In this document: one piece after another, positions 37,287 to 48,401 of the stretch
How positions within the stretch are numbered: position 1 is the stretch's first letter
How the letters are laid out: every line of letters starts with the position of its first letter
NCBI GenBank assembly: GCA_963724755.1
Contig: CAVRVZ010000014.1
Coordinates: 285,255-349,254 of the forward strand
DNA length: 64,000 nucleotides
Direction of reading: 5' to 3'
Source: an uncultured Acidobacteriaceae bacterium
Lineage (GTDB): Bacteria > Acidobacteriota > Terriglobia > Terriglobales > Acidobacteriaceae
Translations under genes and position numbers: made by a program
Notes under the pieces: generated by a model
Databases searched by the model: none
What the model saw: the letters and a program-made list of their open reading frames with translations, nothing else
What the model was told of the DNA's origin: nothing

Positions 37287-38603
37287 ATGCAGATGAAGTT
37301 TTCCATAAAGACAGGTCTGTGGCTCTGGGTCATTTTGCTCTCGGGCGCGACCTCAGCTCTGATGAGCCAGGGAACTCATCCCTCTGTTTTGCACGCCACT
37401 GCATATAACTCGCATTTTCCCCAGGCTGCGGGTTTGGGAGAATCGTACAACGGGATGGGAGTGGCGGATGACGGCGCCGTCTACTATGCGATCGACTCTC
37501 CTGCGTATAACCTACCGGGGCAGATATACTCGTTCAATCCCCGCACAAAGCAAATTACTCACATAGCGGACCTGAATACTGCGACTGGCCAAGGGGACAT
37601 GAAGGCAGTGGCGCAAGGCAAGGTTCACGTTAACTTCATAGAGGATCAGGGGAAGCTCTATTTCTCCACCCATCTTGGCTTTTACAACGTTTCCAGCGGC
37701 GTCGAGAGAAATGCTGTTCCCCCCAATGGCTATCTTCCATATCCTGGCGGCCATTTTGTTTCGTACGATCTCCAGACGGGGAAGTTCCAGTCTCTAGCCA
37801 TGGCGCAGGGCGAAGGAATTATCGCATTCAACATGGATGTGAAGCGGGGCCGGCTCTACGGTTTAACCTGGCCCTCCGGTCACTTTCTGCGCTTCGATCT
37901 GAAAACCGGGCAGCTCAAGATCCTCAGGTCCTTTTTCGATGGAGGAGAAACCGGTAACATCGGAAGCACTTATCGTGCTATCTGCCGCCGGATCGTCGTG
38001 GACCCGGATGATGGTTCGGCTTACTTCACTTCCGGCGACGGGGCAATCCACGTATATCATTATGACAGCGATACGGTGGAAACCGTGCCGGGCGTAAATC
38101 TTCATAAAGACTACTTTGGGCAATACGATCCATCGCAGCACGGCATGGCTTACAACTGGCGGACGGCCTTGTGGAACCCCAATGACCATGCGATTTACGG
38201 GGTGAACGGCGCCTCCGGCTACCTGTTTCGTTTTGATCCCAAGGCTCGCACCATTCAAGTTCTGGAGCGGCTCACCTCGAAGCCGTCTAAGGCATCCGGG
38301 ATGTTCGACAAGGTGGGCTACGGTTATCTCGGGCTGGCAATCGATGTCCGCAGCAACGTCATTTACTATCTGACCGGCTCGCCTCTTCCTCCGGGATCCG
38401 GAGAGGACGAAGGGTCGCATCTGATTACATATGACATTGCCAGGAAGATATATGAAGATCATGGACAGATCGTGCTCAATAACGGTGAGCCTGCGAGTGA
38501 CGAACAGGCTCTGGTACTCGGCCATGATGGAACGATCTACACACTGGCGAAGTTCCGCCGCAATGGAAGGGAAGTGAGGGATCTCATCAGCTTTCATCCT
38601 TAA
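37287..38603 (+). CDS. Secreted beta-propeller-like hypothetical protein
   Basis: Intact 438-aa ORF; signal peptide; repeated DGxxY blades; AQGKVH...GKLYFSTH. Confidence 0.75.
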   Translation: MQMKFSIKTGLWLWVILLSGATSALMSQGTHPSVLHATAYNSHFPQAAGLGESYNGMGVADDGAVYYAIDSPAYNLPGQIYSFNPRTKQITHIADLNTATGQGDMKAVAQGKVHVNFIEDQGKLYFSTHLGFYNVSSGVERNAVPPNGYLPYPGGHFVSYDLQTGKFQSLAMAQGEGIIAFNMDVKRGRLYGLTWPSGHFLRFDLKTGQLKILRSFFDGGETGNIGSTYRAICRRIVVDPDDGSAYFTSGDGAIHVYHYDSDTVETVPGVNLHKDYFGQYDPSQHGMAYNWRTALWNPNDHAIYGVNGASGYLFRFDPKARTIQVLERLTSKPSKASGMFDKVGYGYLGLAIDVRSNVIYYLTGSPLPPGSGEDEGSHLITYDIARKIYEDHGQIVLNNGEPASDEQALVLGHDGTIYTLAKFRRNGREVRDLISFHP

Positions 38604-38633
38604 CAAGGACTCCGCTGGACCAAAGTTCGACCA

Positions 38634-38665
38634 GGGCCGCGTCTCCAGCCGGGTGCGGCCTTTTT
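38634..38665 (+). terminator. Intrinsic terminator
   Basis: GGCCGC...GCGGCC followed by TTTTT downstream of the 37287..38603 gene. Confidence 0.55.
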
Positions 38666-38909
38666 CATCTCCCTAGAATTCCTTCGTCGATCATGAGGTG
38701 ATTGATTCGATGAGACGGTACGCCTTCTTTTCCCTTGCATTATTCGCAATTGATTCCAGCGTTCTTGCAGTGCAGGACTCCGAACGCGGGCCCGATTCCT
38801 GCGCATCCACTTACGCTTCTGCGTCTTGGCGGCGAAGCGTGCAGATTGCAATCCGCACGCTTCGCCGCGTTGCGCGGTGGTGAACGGGATGCCTGAGCGT
38901 GCGATTCGT

Positions 38910-39746
38910 TCAAACGGCGCTTGGGAGACCCTTCCCCTTTCGCATCTTCATCATCATCAATCCTAGCGACCCTAACCCGGTCAGCATGAGCAGCCATGTG
39001 CTCGGCTCGGGTGTGACGCCGCCGACCGGAGTGCCACCAACCTCAACGCCCGCGTAGGCCAGCCCCGAGTCGTACAATTCATCGTTAGAGTTCGAGACCC
39101 CAAATTCGAGTACATAGCTGCCCGCCGCTTCACCCGTGAATTCTGATTCTATCCAGCCTGTCAGACCGCAGCCGGCTGCCCAACAATACCGGGAATATGA
39201 GCCTAACTCACTCCAAACCGGCCCCCCCGGTCCCCCCGGCCCCATGGTTCCCGTTCCGGCCGTGATTGGTGACGATGGCGGTACCAGTGACGCACCAGGT
39301 GCCAGCGGGGGCATCGTAGATCCGGGAACGGTATTCCCAGTCGGCTGCGTTTGCGCCGAAAAGATGAGGTAATCTGCGCCGCCGTCAGTACTCACCAGTG
39401 CCGCCCACGCGTAATCTGGGAATCCCGAGCCATCGGACGTAACGTAGTTGAAGTCGAAATTGACCAGTTCTCCAGCGGTCGCCAAAAACGCCGATGTCGT
39501 AGATGTCGATCCGTTCGTCGAACCCACGCCCGGTGATCCAAATGCAGCCGGTAACGTACCACCACCGACCGGTCCGCCGGTAGTAGTTACGTAGCTATAG
39601 GAACTGAACCCGGGGGGATTCGTCACGTCACCGTTCGCGGTGTCAGTTCCACATGTACCTATGCAGGAATCAGCGTGGGCTATGACGGCGGTCATAGAGA
39701 CGAACAGGCTGAGACCCAAAATCGCACTACTCAACCGTAGTTTCAT
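38910..39746 (-). CDS. PEP-CTERM sorting-domain protein
   Basis: Signal peptide; FNYVTSDGSGFPDYAWA; C-terminal TPEPSTWLLMLTGL...KMRK. Confidence 0.9.
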   Translation of the reverse strand: MKLRLSSAILGLSLFVSMTAVIAHADSCIGTCGTDTANGDVTNPPGFSSYSYVTTTGGPVGGGTLPAAFGSPGVGSTNGSTSTTSAFLATAGELVNFDFNYVTSDGSGFPDYAWAALVSTDGGADYLIFSAQTQPTGNTVPGSTMPPLAPGASLVPPSSPITAGTGTMGPGGPGGPVWSELGSYSRYCWAAGCGLTGWIESEFTGEAAGSYVLEFGVSNSNDELYDSGLAYAGVEVGGTPVGGVTPEPSTWLLMLTGLGSLGLMMMKMRKGKGLPSAV

Positions 39747-39879
39747 ATGCGGGCTCCTCTCCGTCGTTCTGTAAAACATTTCCCTTCGTGCACGTATGGG
39801 GCCATAGTGTCCCAACTTTGCATAAACTATGAGTTGGAGGCTATACTACTGGCCGTCAATCACTTATTGGCTAAGTTCA

Positions 39880-40251
39880 GTTCAGCTCGGCCTAGTTCAG
39901 CTCAGAGGATTGTGCAAGAGAATGCGCATCCAGTGGAAACTCTTTCCACCAGGTTTGGGAGTGAGGAGCCTCCTGGAGTCCCAAACCGCCGTCGACGGAA
40001 CGCGGAAGACCACCACCGTCAATCCCGGCATTCTGGGCAACGACCAGCCCCTGGTTTTGACCCGCGAATTCTGGTACTCCGACGAGTTGCAAACCAATCT
40101 CTCCGTTACGCGCATCGATCCGCGTATTGGAAAGCAGGTGATTCGGATCAGTAATATCTCTCAGTCTGAGCCCGACTATCACCTTTTTGAGATTCCCGTA
40201 GGTTATACCGTCGTTCGTGATATGCGAGCCTCCGCGCAGCGCAGAAAGTAA
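39880..40251 (+). pseudogene. C-terminal remnant of a secreted hypothetical protein
   Basis: GNDQPLVLTREFWYSDELQTNLSVTRIDPR...EPD; no credible start; possible N-terminal remnant at 38710. Confidence 0.55.
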
Positions 40252-40390
40252 ACGAGCCGCAAACATCGTACGCGCAGTATCTGGAACTCCATCTGCCCCC
40301 CATCTGCTAAAGTGAGAAGTGGTCCCCTCGCTCAAAACCCTTTCTGTATAAGGGCACGGCGCACACTCCGGGGGTCGCTCCAGAACCCTC

Positions 40391-43220
40391 ATGCCTCACG
40401 ACCTGCCCAAAGCCTACGACCCCACCGCCATTGAAGATCACTGGGCCGAATACTGGGTCCGCGAAAAGCTCTTCGCCGTACCAACGCCTGCTCCAGATTC
40501 TGCGAAAGCCAACCAAGACCGACGCCCGGCCGGCCAGGCCTTTACCATTCTGCTGCCGCCGCCCAATGTAACCGGCCGCCTGCACATGGGCCACATGCTC
40601 AACCAGACGGAGATGGATATTCTCACCCGCTGGCGGCGCATGAGCGGCCGTCTGCGCCCTGTGGCTCCCCGGAACCGATCACGCCGGCATCGCCACGCAG
40701 ATGATGGTCGAGCGCCAGTTAACTGAAGAGGGACACCAGCCGCCAGAAGCTGGGCCGCGAAGCCTTTGTCGAGCGCGTGTGGGAGTGGCGTCGCCACTAC
40801 GGCGGCGCAATCCTCGACCAGATGAAGCGCCTCGGCGCATCAGTCGACTGGAGCGCGAATACTTCACCATGGACGAGCGACTTTCCGTTGCCGTCCGCGA
40901 AGCCTTCGTCCGCCTCTACGAGCAGGGCCTCATCTATCGCGGCGCGTACATCGTCAACTGGTGCCCCCGCTGCCAAACCGCCATCAGCGATCTCGAAGTC
41001 GTCCACGACGAGCACAAGGGCCACTTGTGGGAGATTCGCTATCCGATTCTCGACGCACGGCGGCAAAGAAACCGGCGAGTTTCTAACGGTAGCAACCACA
41101 CGCCCCGAAACCATGCTCGGCGACGTAGCCGTAGCCATTCATCCTGAAGACGAACGCTACCTCCATCTGCACGGCAAAAAGCTCCGCCTGCCGCTGATGA
41201 ATCGCGAGATCCCCATCGTTCTCGACGAGTGGGTCAGCCGCGAATTCGGCACCGGCGCGGTGAAAGTAACCCCGGCCCACGATCCCAACGACTTCGCTCT
41301 CGGCCAGCGCCACAATCTTCCCTCCATCAACGTGATGGACGATACCGGCCACATCAATGCCGAAGGCGGCGCATACGCCGGCCTCGACCGCTACGTTGCC
41401 CGCAAAAAAATCGTCGCCGACCTCGAAGCTCAGGGCCTGCTGGCGGGCATCAAAGACCACATCAACAACGTAGGCCACTGCGACCGCTGCAAGACGGTCG
41501 TCGAGCCGCGCCTCTCCACGCAATGGTTCATCAAAATTCAGCCGCTCGCCGATAAAGCCATCGCCGCCGTCAAGCCGGGACCGGACGGCAAAAAGGCGAT
41601 CAACTTTACCCCCGAGCAATACGAGAAGACCTATCTCAACTGGATGGAGAACATCCACGACTGGTGCATCAGCCGCCAGCTCTGGTGGGGCCATCGGATC
41701 CCCGCCTGGCACTGTACAAATTGCCACAAAATCACCGTTGCCCGCACAGAACCTGCTGCCTGTGCCCACTGCGGCTCGGAAAAGATCACGCAGGAGACCG
41801 ACGTTCTCGACACCTGGTTCTCCTCCGGCCTGTTGCCCGTCTCCGTCTTCGGCTGGCCCAACATCACCAGCCGAAGAACCGCGCCGACTTCGACGCCTTT
41901 TATCCCACAGCTTACTGGTCACCGGCTTCGACATTCTCTTTTTCTGGGTAGCCCGCATGATCATGCTGGGCTGCTGGTTCGCCGGAGAGATTCCGCATGC
42001 CCGACGGCACGAAGCGCGCACTTGCGGATTCGGTTCCCTTCCGCGAGGTCTACATTCACGCCCTGGTCCGCGACGCCAACCGCGAAAAAATGTCCAAGAC
42101 CAAGGGCAACGTAATCGACCCCATCGAAATCGTGAAGCAATACGGCACCGATGCTGTCCGCTTCACCCTGGCCAGCATGGCCTCGCCCGGCACCGATATT
42201 GCCTTCAACGTAGCCCGCACTGAAGGTTACCGCGCCTTCGCCAACAAAATCTGGAACGCCGCGCGTTTCATCTTCATGAACGTGGACCGCGCTGCAGAGA
42301 TCGGAATCATTCGTCGATCCGAAGTCTCTGCCGTTGATGCCAATAGTCGGCAATGACGCGCCATTGGAAGATCGCTGGATCGTCGCCGAATTCCAAACGA
42401 CCGCGAGCAAGGTGAATCAATCGCTCGGAAAGCTACCGCTACGACGAAGCAGCCAATACAATTTATCAGTTTTTCTGGGGAAGCTTCTGCGACTGGTATC
42501 TGGAAATCGTCAAGTTCCGGCTGGATATTTCGCGAGTCCGCAGACAAAGACCAAGAGATCAAGGCCGCACTCACTGCGCTTTACTTAGCAGTCTTTGAAG
42601 CATCGCTGCGTCTACTCTCACCCTTCATGCCATTCATCACCGAAGAAATATGGCATGCGATCTACGACGGCAATCCACCAGCTAAGTCGATCGCACTTGA
42701 TGATCTATCCAATGCCCGACGACAGACGGCTTGATGACGGTGCACTGGAAGATATGGGCTATTGCAATGTATCATTGTCGAGGTTCGTGCTTTACGCAAG
42801 GAAATCGGAGTCGAAGAAAAGGCCATTACGCCGATTGAGATTCGCACAAACGCAAGAATCCAAGCAGTCGTCGAAGAGAATCAGCGACAATAATCGAGCG
42901 CCTTGCTCGCGTAAGTGAAGTTCGCTTCGTCGAACAGATTGCATCTGGGCTGTCGAAGCACTCCACACCGAACTTCGACGTGGCAGTAATCTACGAACGC
43001 ACCATCGACTTCCCCGCCGAGCGCGAGCGTTTGACAAAAGAGATTAGTGAAGTACGAAAAAGGTAATTGCAGCAATGCCGAGCGCCAATTGGGCAACCCG
43101 GGATTTACTGGCCAAGGCACCTCCACACGATCGTCGAGGGCTTGAAGAAGCAGTGGACGAAACCCGGCGTCCTGCTCGAAAAAGAAAAGCAACGCCCTCG
43201 AAGCACTGCCGCCGCAATGA
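40391..43220 (+). CDS. valS: Valine--tRNA ligase (many indels)
   Basis: [53 protein letters not shown]. Confidence 0.97.
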
Positions 43221-43230
43221 CTAAACGAGC

Positions 43231-43286
43231 GAAAAGCAACCGCAGGTCCTTCGACTCCGCTGCGCTTCGCTCAGGATGACAGATTT
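43231..43286. repeat. REP-like palindromic extragenic element
   Basis: GCAGGTCCTTCGACTCCGCTGCGCTTCGCTCAGGATGACAG resembles a dispersed repeat common in Acidobacteria; single copy in this window. Confidence 0.65.
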
Positions 43287-43299
43287 TAGTGGAGGGGGA

Positions 43300-43497
43300 A
43301 TGGCAGCGAAGGTAAGTTGGAAAGTTAAGGCTTTTTGCTATGTTGGCATAAATTTTGGGATTCTGTTCTTTTCCGTAGTGAGGCTCCTTGAGGGAGTTTC
43401 GCCGCAAATGATTTTGATCATTTACCTGGCCTCTACGCTATGGATAAACCTCATGCTATGGGCCGGATTCAGGATGAGGGATAAGGGACAGTTGTAG
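43300..43497 (+). CDS. Small two-TM hypothetical protein (65 aa, low GC)
   Basis: GGAGG RBS; two hydrophobic segments. Confidence 0.55.
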   Translation: MAAKVSWKVKAFCYVGINFGILFFSVVRLLEGVSPQMILIIYLASTLWINLMLWAGFRMRDKGQL

Positions 43498-43533
43498 ACG
43501 GGCGGCTAGGCAAAGGAGTTTAGGAACAGAATC

Positions 43534-44472
43534 ATGGACTGGAAAAGCAGCCGCATCGACGCATTGCTGGAGCAGGCCCTGGTGGAAGACCAGGCCGCCC
43601 GCGACTCCACCACCAACCTGACCATCGACCCGGAACTGCGCGCCACGGCCTCCATCATCGCGCGCCAGGAGCTGGTGGTCGCCGGTCTCGGCGCGGTTCC
43701 GCGCTTCCTTGAAATCTTTGCCCGTCTCGACCCGCGCCCCCCGGCGCAAACCCGCTTTGAGGTCATCAGCCATCCCGAAATATTCGACGGCGTAAAAGTT
43801 CGCGAGGGCCAGGTGCTGGCCGTCATCCGCCACAATGCCCGCGTGCTGCTCAGTTGCGAGCGCGTAATCCTCAACCTGATGCAGCATCTGAGCGGCATCG
43901 CCACGCTGACGCGGAAATATGTTGACGCAGTCAATTCCGCGCATGGGGGCACCCACGCCCACGTGCTCGATACGCGCAAGACCGTGCCCGGCCTGCGCAT
44001 CCTTGAAAAGTACGCCGTGCAGTGCGGCGGAGGAACCAATCACCGCATCGACCTGGCCTCCGGCATCCTCATCAAGAACAACCACATCTCGCTCGGCGGC
44101 GGCATTGCCAAAGTCCTCACCCAGGCTCTCGAAAAGCGCCACAAGGGCCAGCGCGTGCAGGTAGAGGTGCGCAACCAGCAGGAACTTGAAGAAGCGCTCC
44201 AGTACGGCGCCGAGGCCATCCTGCTCGACAACATGACGCCCAAGGAAGTGAAGCGGTCCGTCGAGCGCATCAAAGAGGTTGCGCCTGGACAGCAGACGCA
44301 AGGGCCCGGTCACGAGAACGAGCCGCGCTGGATTCCCACGGAAGCCTCCGGCGGCATCGTGCTTGAGAACATCCGCGCCTATGCCGAAACCGGCGTGGAC
44401 TTCATCAGCGTAGGCGCGCTGACCCACTCGGCCAAAGCTGCCGACATTTCCATGCGCATTGAAGCGGAGTGA
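43534..44472 (+). CDS. nadC: Nicotinate-nucleotide pyrophosphorylase
   Basis: ERVILNLMQHLSGIAT, DTRKTVPG, ILLDNM, EASGG, ISVGALTHS. Confidence 0.97.
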   Translation: MDWKSSRIDALLEQALVEDQAARDSTTNLTIDPELRATASIIARQELVVAGLGAVPRFLEIFARLDPRPPAQTRFEVISHPEIFDGVKVREGQVLAVIRHNARVLLSCERVILNLMQHLSGIATLTRKYVDAVNSAHGGTHAHVLDTRKTVPGLRILEKYAVQCGGGTNHRIDLASGILIKNNHISLGGGIAKVLTQALEKRHKGQRVQVEVRNQQELEEALQYGAEAILLDNMTPKEVKRSVERIKEVAPGQQTQGPGHENEPRWIPTEASGGIVLENIRAYAETGVDFISVGALTHSAKAADISMRIEAE

Positions 44473-45294
44473 AGCCGGCAATGTTCGATCTCGCCGCTCT
44501 CGAATCCGCTCTCGCAAACACCATCTTCGCCGGCCATCTGCATTTTTCTCCGGTCACCGATTCCACCAACACCGATGCGCTGGAAGCAGCGCGCGCCGGC
44601 GCGCCGCACGGGTCGGTCTACTTTGCCGACGAGCAATTAGCCGGCCGCGGCCGCGGCGATCACACCTGGCACTCCGCCGCCGGCCAGGGACTTTACGTGA
44701 GCGTGCTTCTGCGCCCGCGCATTCCCGCCGCGCGTCTTCCGCTGTTGCCGCTGGCCGCCGGACTCGCCGCCGCCGATGCCATTCGCGCCGTCTCCGGCCT
44801 GAGCGTCGGGAACATCGATCTGCGCTGGCCCAACGATCTGCTAATCGGCCCGCGCAAGGCCGGCGGCATCCTGGTGGAGGCCAACTCGGAGGCCAGCGCC
44901 AAATCCGGCACGGTCGCATTTGCCGTGGTCGGCATCGGCATCAACGTCCACCAGCGCAGCTTTGCTTCAGATTTATCCACGCCCGCAACTTCACTGGATC
45001 TGGAAAGCGGCCGCCGCATCAGCCGCCAGTCTTTGCTCGTCTCCCTGCTAGAATCGCTGCAGCGCGAGGCGCATGGGCTGCTCGATGGTGCGTCGGCCCA
45101 GACGATTCCGCGGCGCGTGGAAGAGGCCTCCACCTGGGTGCGCGGGCGAAAGGTTGAAGTCTCCGGCCCGCAAGCCTGCACCGGCAGTTACCGCCGGCCT
45201 CGACGAGCACGGATTTCTGCTGGTGCGCACCGCTGACGGCCTGGTGACGGTGCAGACCGGCGGCATTCGCGCCGCAGAGAAGACTAGCTGCTAG
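44469..45294 (+). CDS. birA: Biotin--protein ligase (C-terminal frameshift)
   Basis: DSTN, QLAGRGR, RWPND, KAGGIL, GIGIN. Confidence 0.95.
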
Positions 45295-45394
45295 CTTCTA
45301 GCCATCTAGCTTCTAGCCGTATGCATAACCCGAGCTGCGAGTGTCGTGTCACGGACGAATGGCTTAGAGGCTAGAAGCTGGAAGCTAGGAGCTG
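45284..45394. repeat. Inverted arrays of CTAGCTT/AAGCTAG heptamer tandem repeats
   Basis: ctagctgctagcttctagccatctagcttctagcc ... ggctagaagctggaagctaggagct. Confidence 0.75.
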
Positions 45395-45401
45395 TACTTC
45401 A

Positions 45402-46206
45402 ATGCTGCTAGCGCTCGATGTCGGCAATACGAATACGGTGCTCGGCCTCTACCGGCTCGATGGCGAAAAGCCCGAACTGGCCGCGCACTGGCGCGTCACC
45501 ACCCACCGCAGCCAGACCGCGGACGAGTACGGCGTGCTCTTCGTCAATCTCTTCGAGATGAACGGCCTCGCTCCCAGCCAGGTGCAGCACATCATCATCT
45601 CCTCGGTGGTGCCGCCGGTCGAGTCCACGTTGCGCGAGGTCTGCGAAAACTACTTCCACGTTCAGCCGCTCTTTGTTGAGCCGGGCATCAAGACCGGCAT
45701 GCCGGTGCTGGTGGATAATCCCACCGAGCTGGGCGCCGACCGCCTGGTGAACGCCATCGCCGCCTTCGAGCGCTACGGCGGCCCGTGCATCGTGGTGGAC
45801 TTCGGCACCGCGACCACCTTCGACGTCATCTCCGCCAAGGGCGAGTACCTGGGCGGAGCCATCGCACCCGGCCTGGGCATCAGCGCCGATGCGCTCTTCT
45901 CGCACGCTGCCCGCCTCAGCCGCGTGGATATCAAGCGCCCCGCCAAGGTCATCGGCACCAACACGGTCACGCATCTGCAAACCGGCCTTTACTACGGCTA
46001 CATCGGCCTGGTCGACGGCATCCTGGAGCGCATCATTGCCGAGCTTGGGAGCGCAGCCGCAAATCATCGCCACCGGCGGCCTGGCGCGGCAAATCTCCGA
46101 GGACTCGCGCTACATCGCCGAGATCGACGACATGCTCACCCTCGACGGCCTGCTCATCATCTTCGAGCGCAACCGCACCGCCCGGCCCCGCAGCCGCCCG
46201 CACTGA
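45402..46206 (+). CDS. coaX: Type III pantothenate kinase (frameshifted)
   Basis: DVGNTN, SSVVP, LGADR, VDFGTATT, GGAIAPG, ATGG. Confidence 0.96.
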
Positions 46207-46214
46207 GGCGCGCC

Positions 46215-46933
46215 GTGCTGAACTACTTCAACTACTTCACCGAGATCGAAGAGCGCTTCCAGCAGCGGCGCGGATCGATCCTGCTGCTCTCCACGCTCGA
46301 CTGGGCGCTGATCGAAACCTGGCGCGACGCCGGCATTCCGCTCGAAGCGGTGCTGCGCGGCATCGATGCGGCCTTCGACAAATACGAAGCCCGGCAGAAG
46401 CGCGCCCGCATGCGCCGCATCAACGGCCTGGCCTGGTGCGCGCAGGCGGTGATGGAAGCCGCCGAAGAGTTGCGCGAAGCCGCCGCCGGCACAGCCAACC
46501 CGGCAACTGAGCCCCGCGAGTCGGGCTTTGAGCAGGAACGCGTCGCCGCGCATCTTGAAGCCGCCGCAGCCGCATCTGGATGCGGCGACCGTCGCCCCTG
46601 AAGCCTGCGCCGCAACCGCAATCCGCCTGCGCGAACTGGCCGCCGAACTCCAGCGCCACTCGGAGCGCGAGAACGCAGCGGCTCAGAGATCTGGAATCGC
46701 TGGAGCGCACCCTCACCGTCCTCGAAGAAAAACTTTTTGGCGCTCTCAGAACAGCGGCTCCTGAAGATTTGCTGGTCAAGCTCGATGAGCATGCGGATCG
46801 CGAACTTGCGCCCTACCGCAGCCGCATGGGCGCCGTGCAACTGCGCCAGGTGAAACACCAATTCGTGCAGAAGCAATTGCTGGTGCACTACAATCTGCCG
46901 CGCCTCAGCCTCTTCTATATGAGCCAGCAATGA
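46215..46933 (+). CDS. Conserved hypothetical protein, DnaD-like N-terminal region (frameshifted)
   Basis: MLNYFNYFTEIEERF...LSTLDWALIETWRDAGIPLEAVLRGID; coupled to rlmD by ATGA overlap. Confidence 0.75.
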
Positions 46934-48362
46934 AGCAGACGAAGAAACAATCCGGGAAGAGAGGCAGGTTTGAGAGCAAGCGTCGGGAAAAGCGCACCTC
47001 CGGGGCTACCAAGCGGATCCCTGCTGATTCCGCTGGCGTTATGCAGGGGTTAAAACCCCTGCCTCCCTCCAAATCGCAGCTTGTCGAAATCGAAAAGCCC
47101 ATTTATGGCGGCGCATTCCTGGCTCGCGCCGAGGGCAAGGCCGTCTTTGTGCCGCTCACATTGCCCGGCGAGCAGGCCCGCGTGCGCATCACGCAAAGCA
47201 AGCGCGGCTACGATACCGCCGATCCGGATGAGATCATCACGCGCCGCGCCGGAGCGCATCGCGCCCGCCTGCCCTCACTTCGGCGCCTGCGGCGGCTGCA
47301 ATTATCAGCACGCAAACTACGAAGCTCAGCTCGCCTTCAAACAAACCATCCTGCGCGAAACCCTGGAGCGCGGCGGCGTTCAAGCGCCGAATGAGATCTC
47401 CGTGCTGGCCGCCGAGCCCTGGCATTATCGCAATCGCATCCGCCTCGCTTTCGACGCGGAAGGAAATCCCGGCTACCGCGCCCGCCGCTCCAATGCAATG
47501 TCGTTCCCATCAGCGAGTGCCCCATCGCCGCGCCGTTGCTGATCGACCGCCGCACTGTGCAGCTTGCTGAAGTCGCTCGGCAAATCGCGCCCATCCAATC
47601 TGCGCCCCACTGAGATTTCGCTCTTCTGCAACGCCAGCCGAATCTGCACTGCTCGCCACCTTCTTCGCCGCTGATAGCTGCCAGGAAGATTCACTTCGAA
47701 GAATCTCGCCCAGGCTCTTCACGAGCGAATCCCCGCACTCAAGGGTGCGGAGCTCGCCATCCGAAGGCCGAGCCAGGCCAGCCGCCGCGCACCGTCGCGC
47801 AATGGGGCGCAACCTCTCTCACCTATCGCGCTGCCGGCTTCGACTATCGCGTAGACCACGGCGCATTTTTCCAGGTGAACCGCTGGCTCGTCGATGCTCT
47901 CGTCGAAAGCGTCACAGCAGGCCACAGCGGCGCGCTCGCCTGGGATCTCTTCGCCGGCGTGGGCCTCTTCGCCCGCCAACTCACGCAGAGCTTTGCCCGC
48001 GTAGTCGCCGTTGAGTTCTCGCCCTCCGCAACCCAGGCCCTCGCCGCCAACCTCAAGGGAACGACCGGAACCCCAGTCCGCGCCTCGACCCTCGATTTTC
48101 TTCGCCGCAACCGCAAGCCAGGACTCGACCCCGATCTGATCGTCCTCGACCCTCCGCGCACCGGCCTGGGCGCGAGATCTGCGCGCTGCTCGCGGAGATC
48201 GCCGCGCCCGCCTTAGTCTGCGTCTCCTGCGACCCCGCAACCCTGGCCCGCGACCTGCGCGCGCTCATCGCCTCGGGTTACGCAATTCACTCCATCACCC
48301 TCGCCGACCTCTTTCCCCAGACCTTCCACCTTGAAACAGTGGTCCAGTTGCGCCGCTCCTGA
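46930..48362 (+). CDS. rlmD: 23S rRNA (uracil-C5)-methyltransferase RlmD/TrmA family (frameshifted)
   Basis: TRAM domain, CPHFGACGGC, YRNR, FFQVN, DLFAGVGLF, LDPPR, VSCDPATLARD, DLFPQTFHLE. Confidence 0.92.
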
Positions 48363-48401
48363 TAGGCTTGACCCCATCAATCCTTTTCAATTTTCAGGCG
48401 C

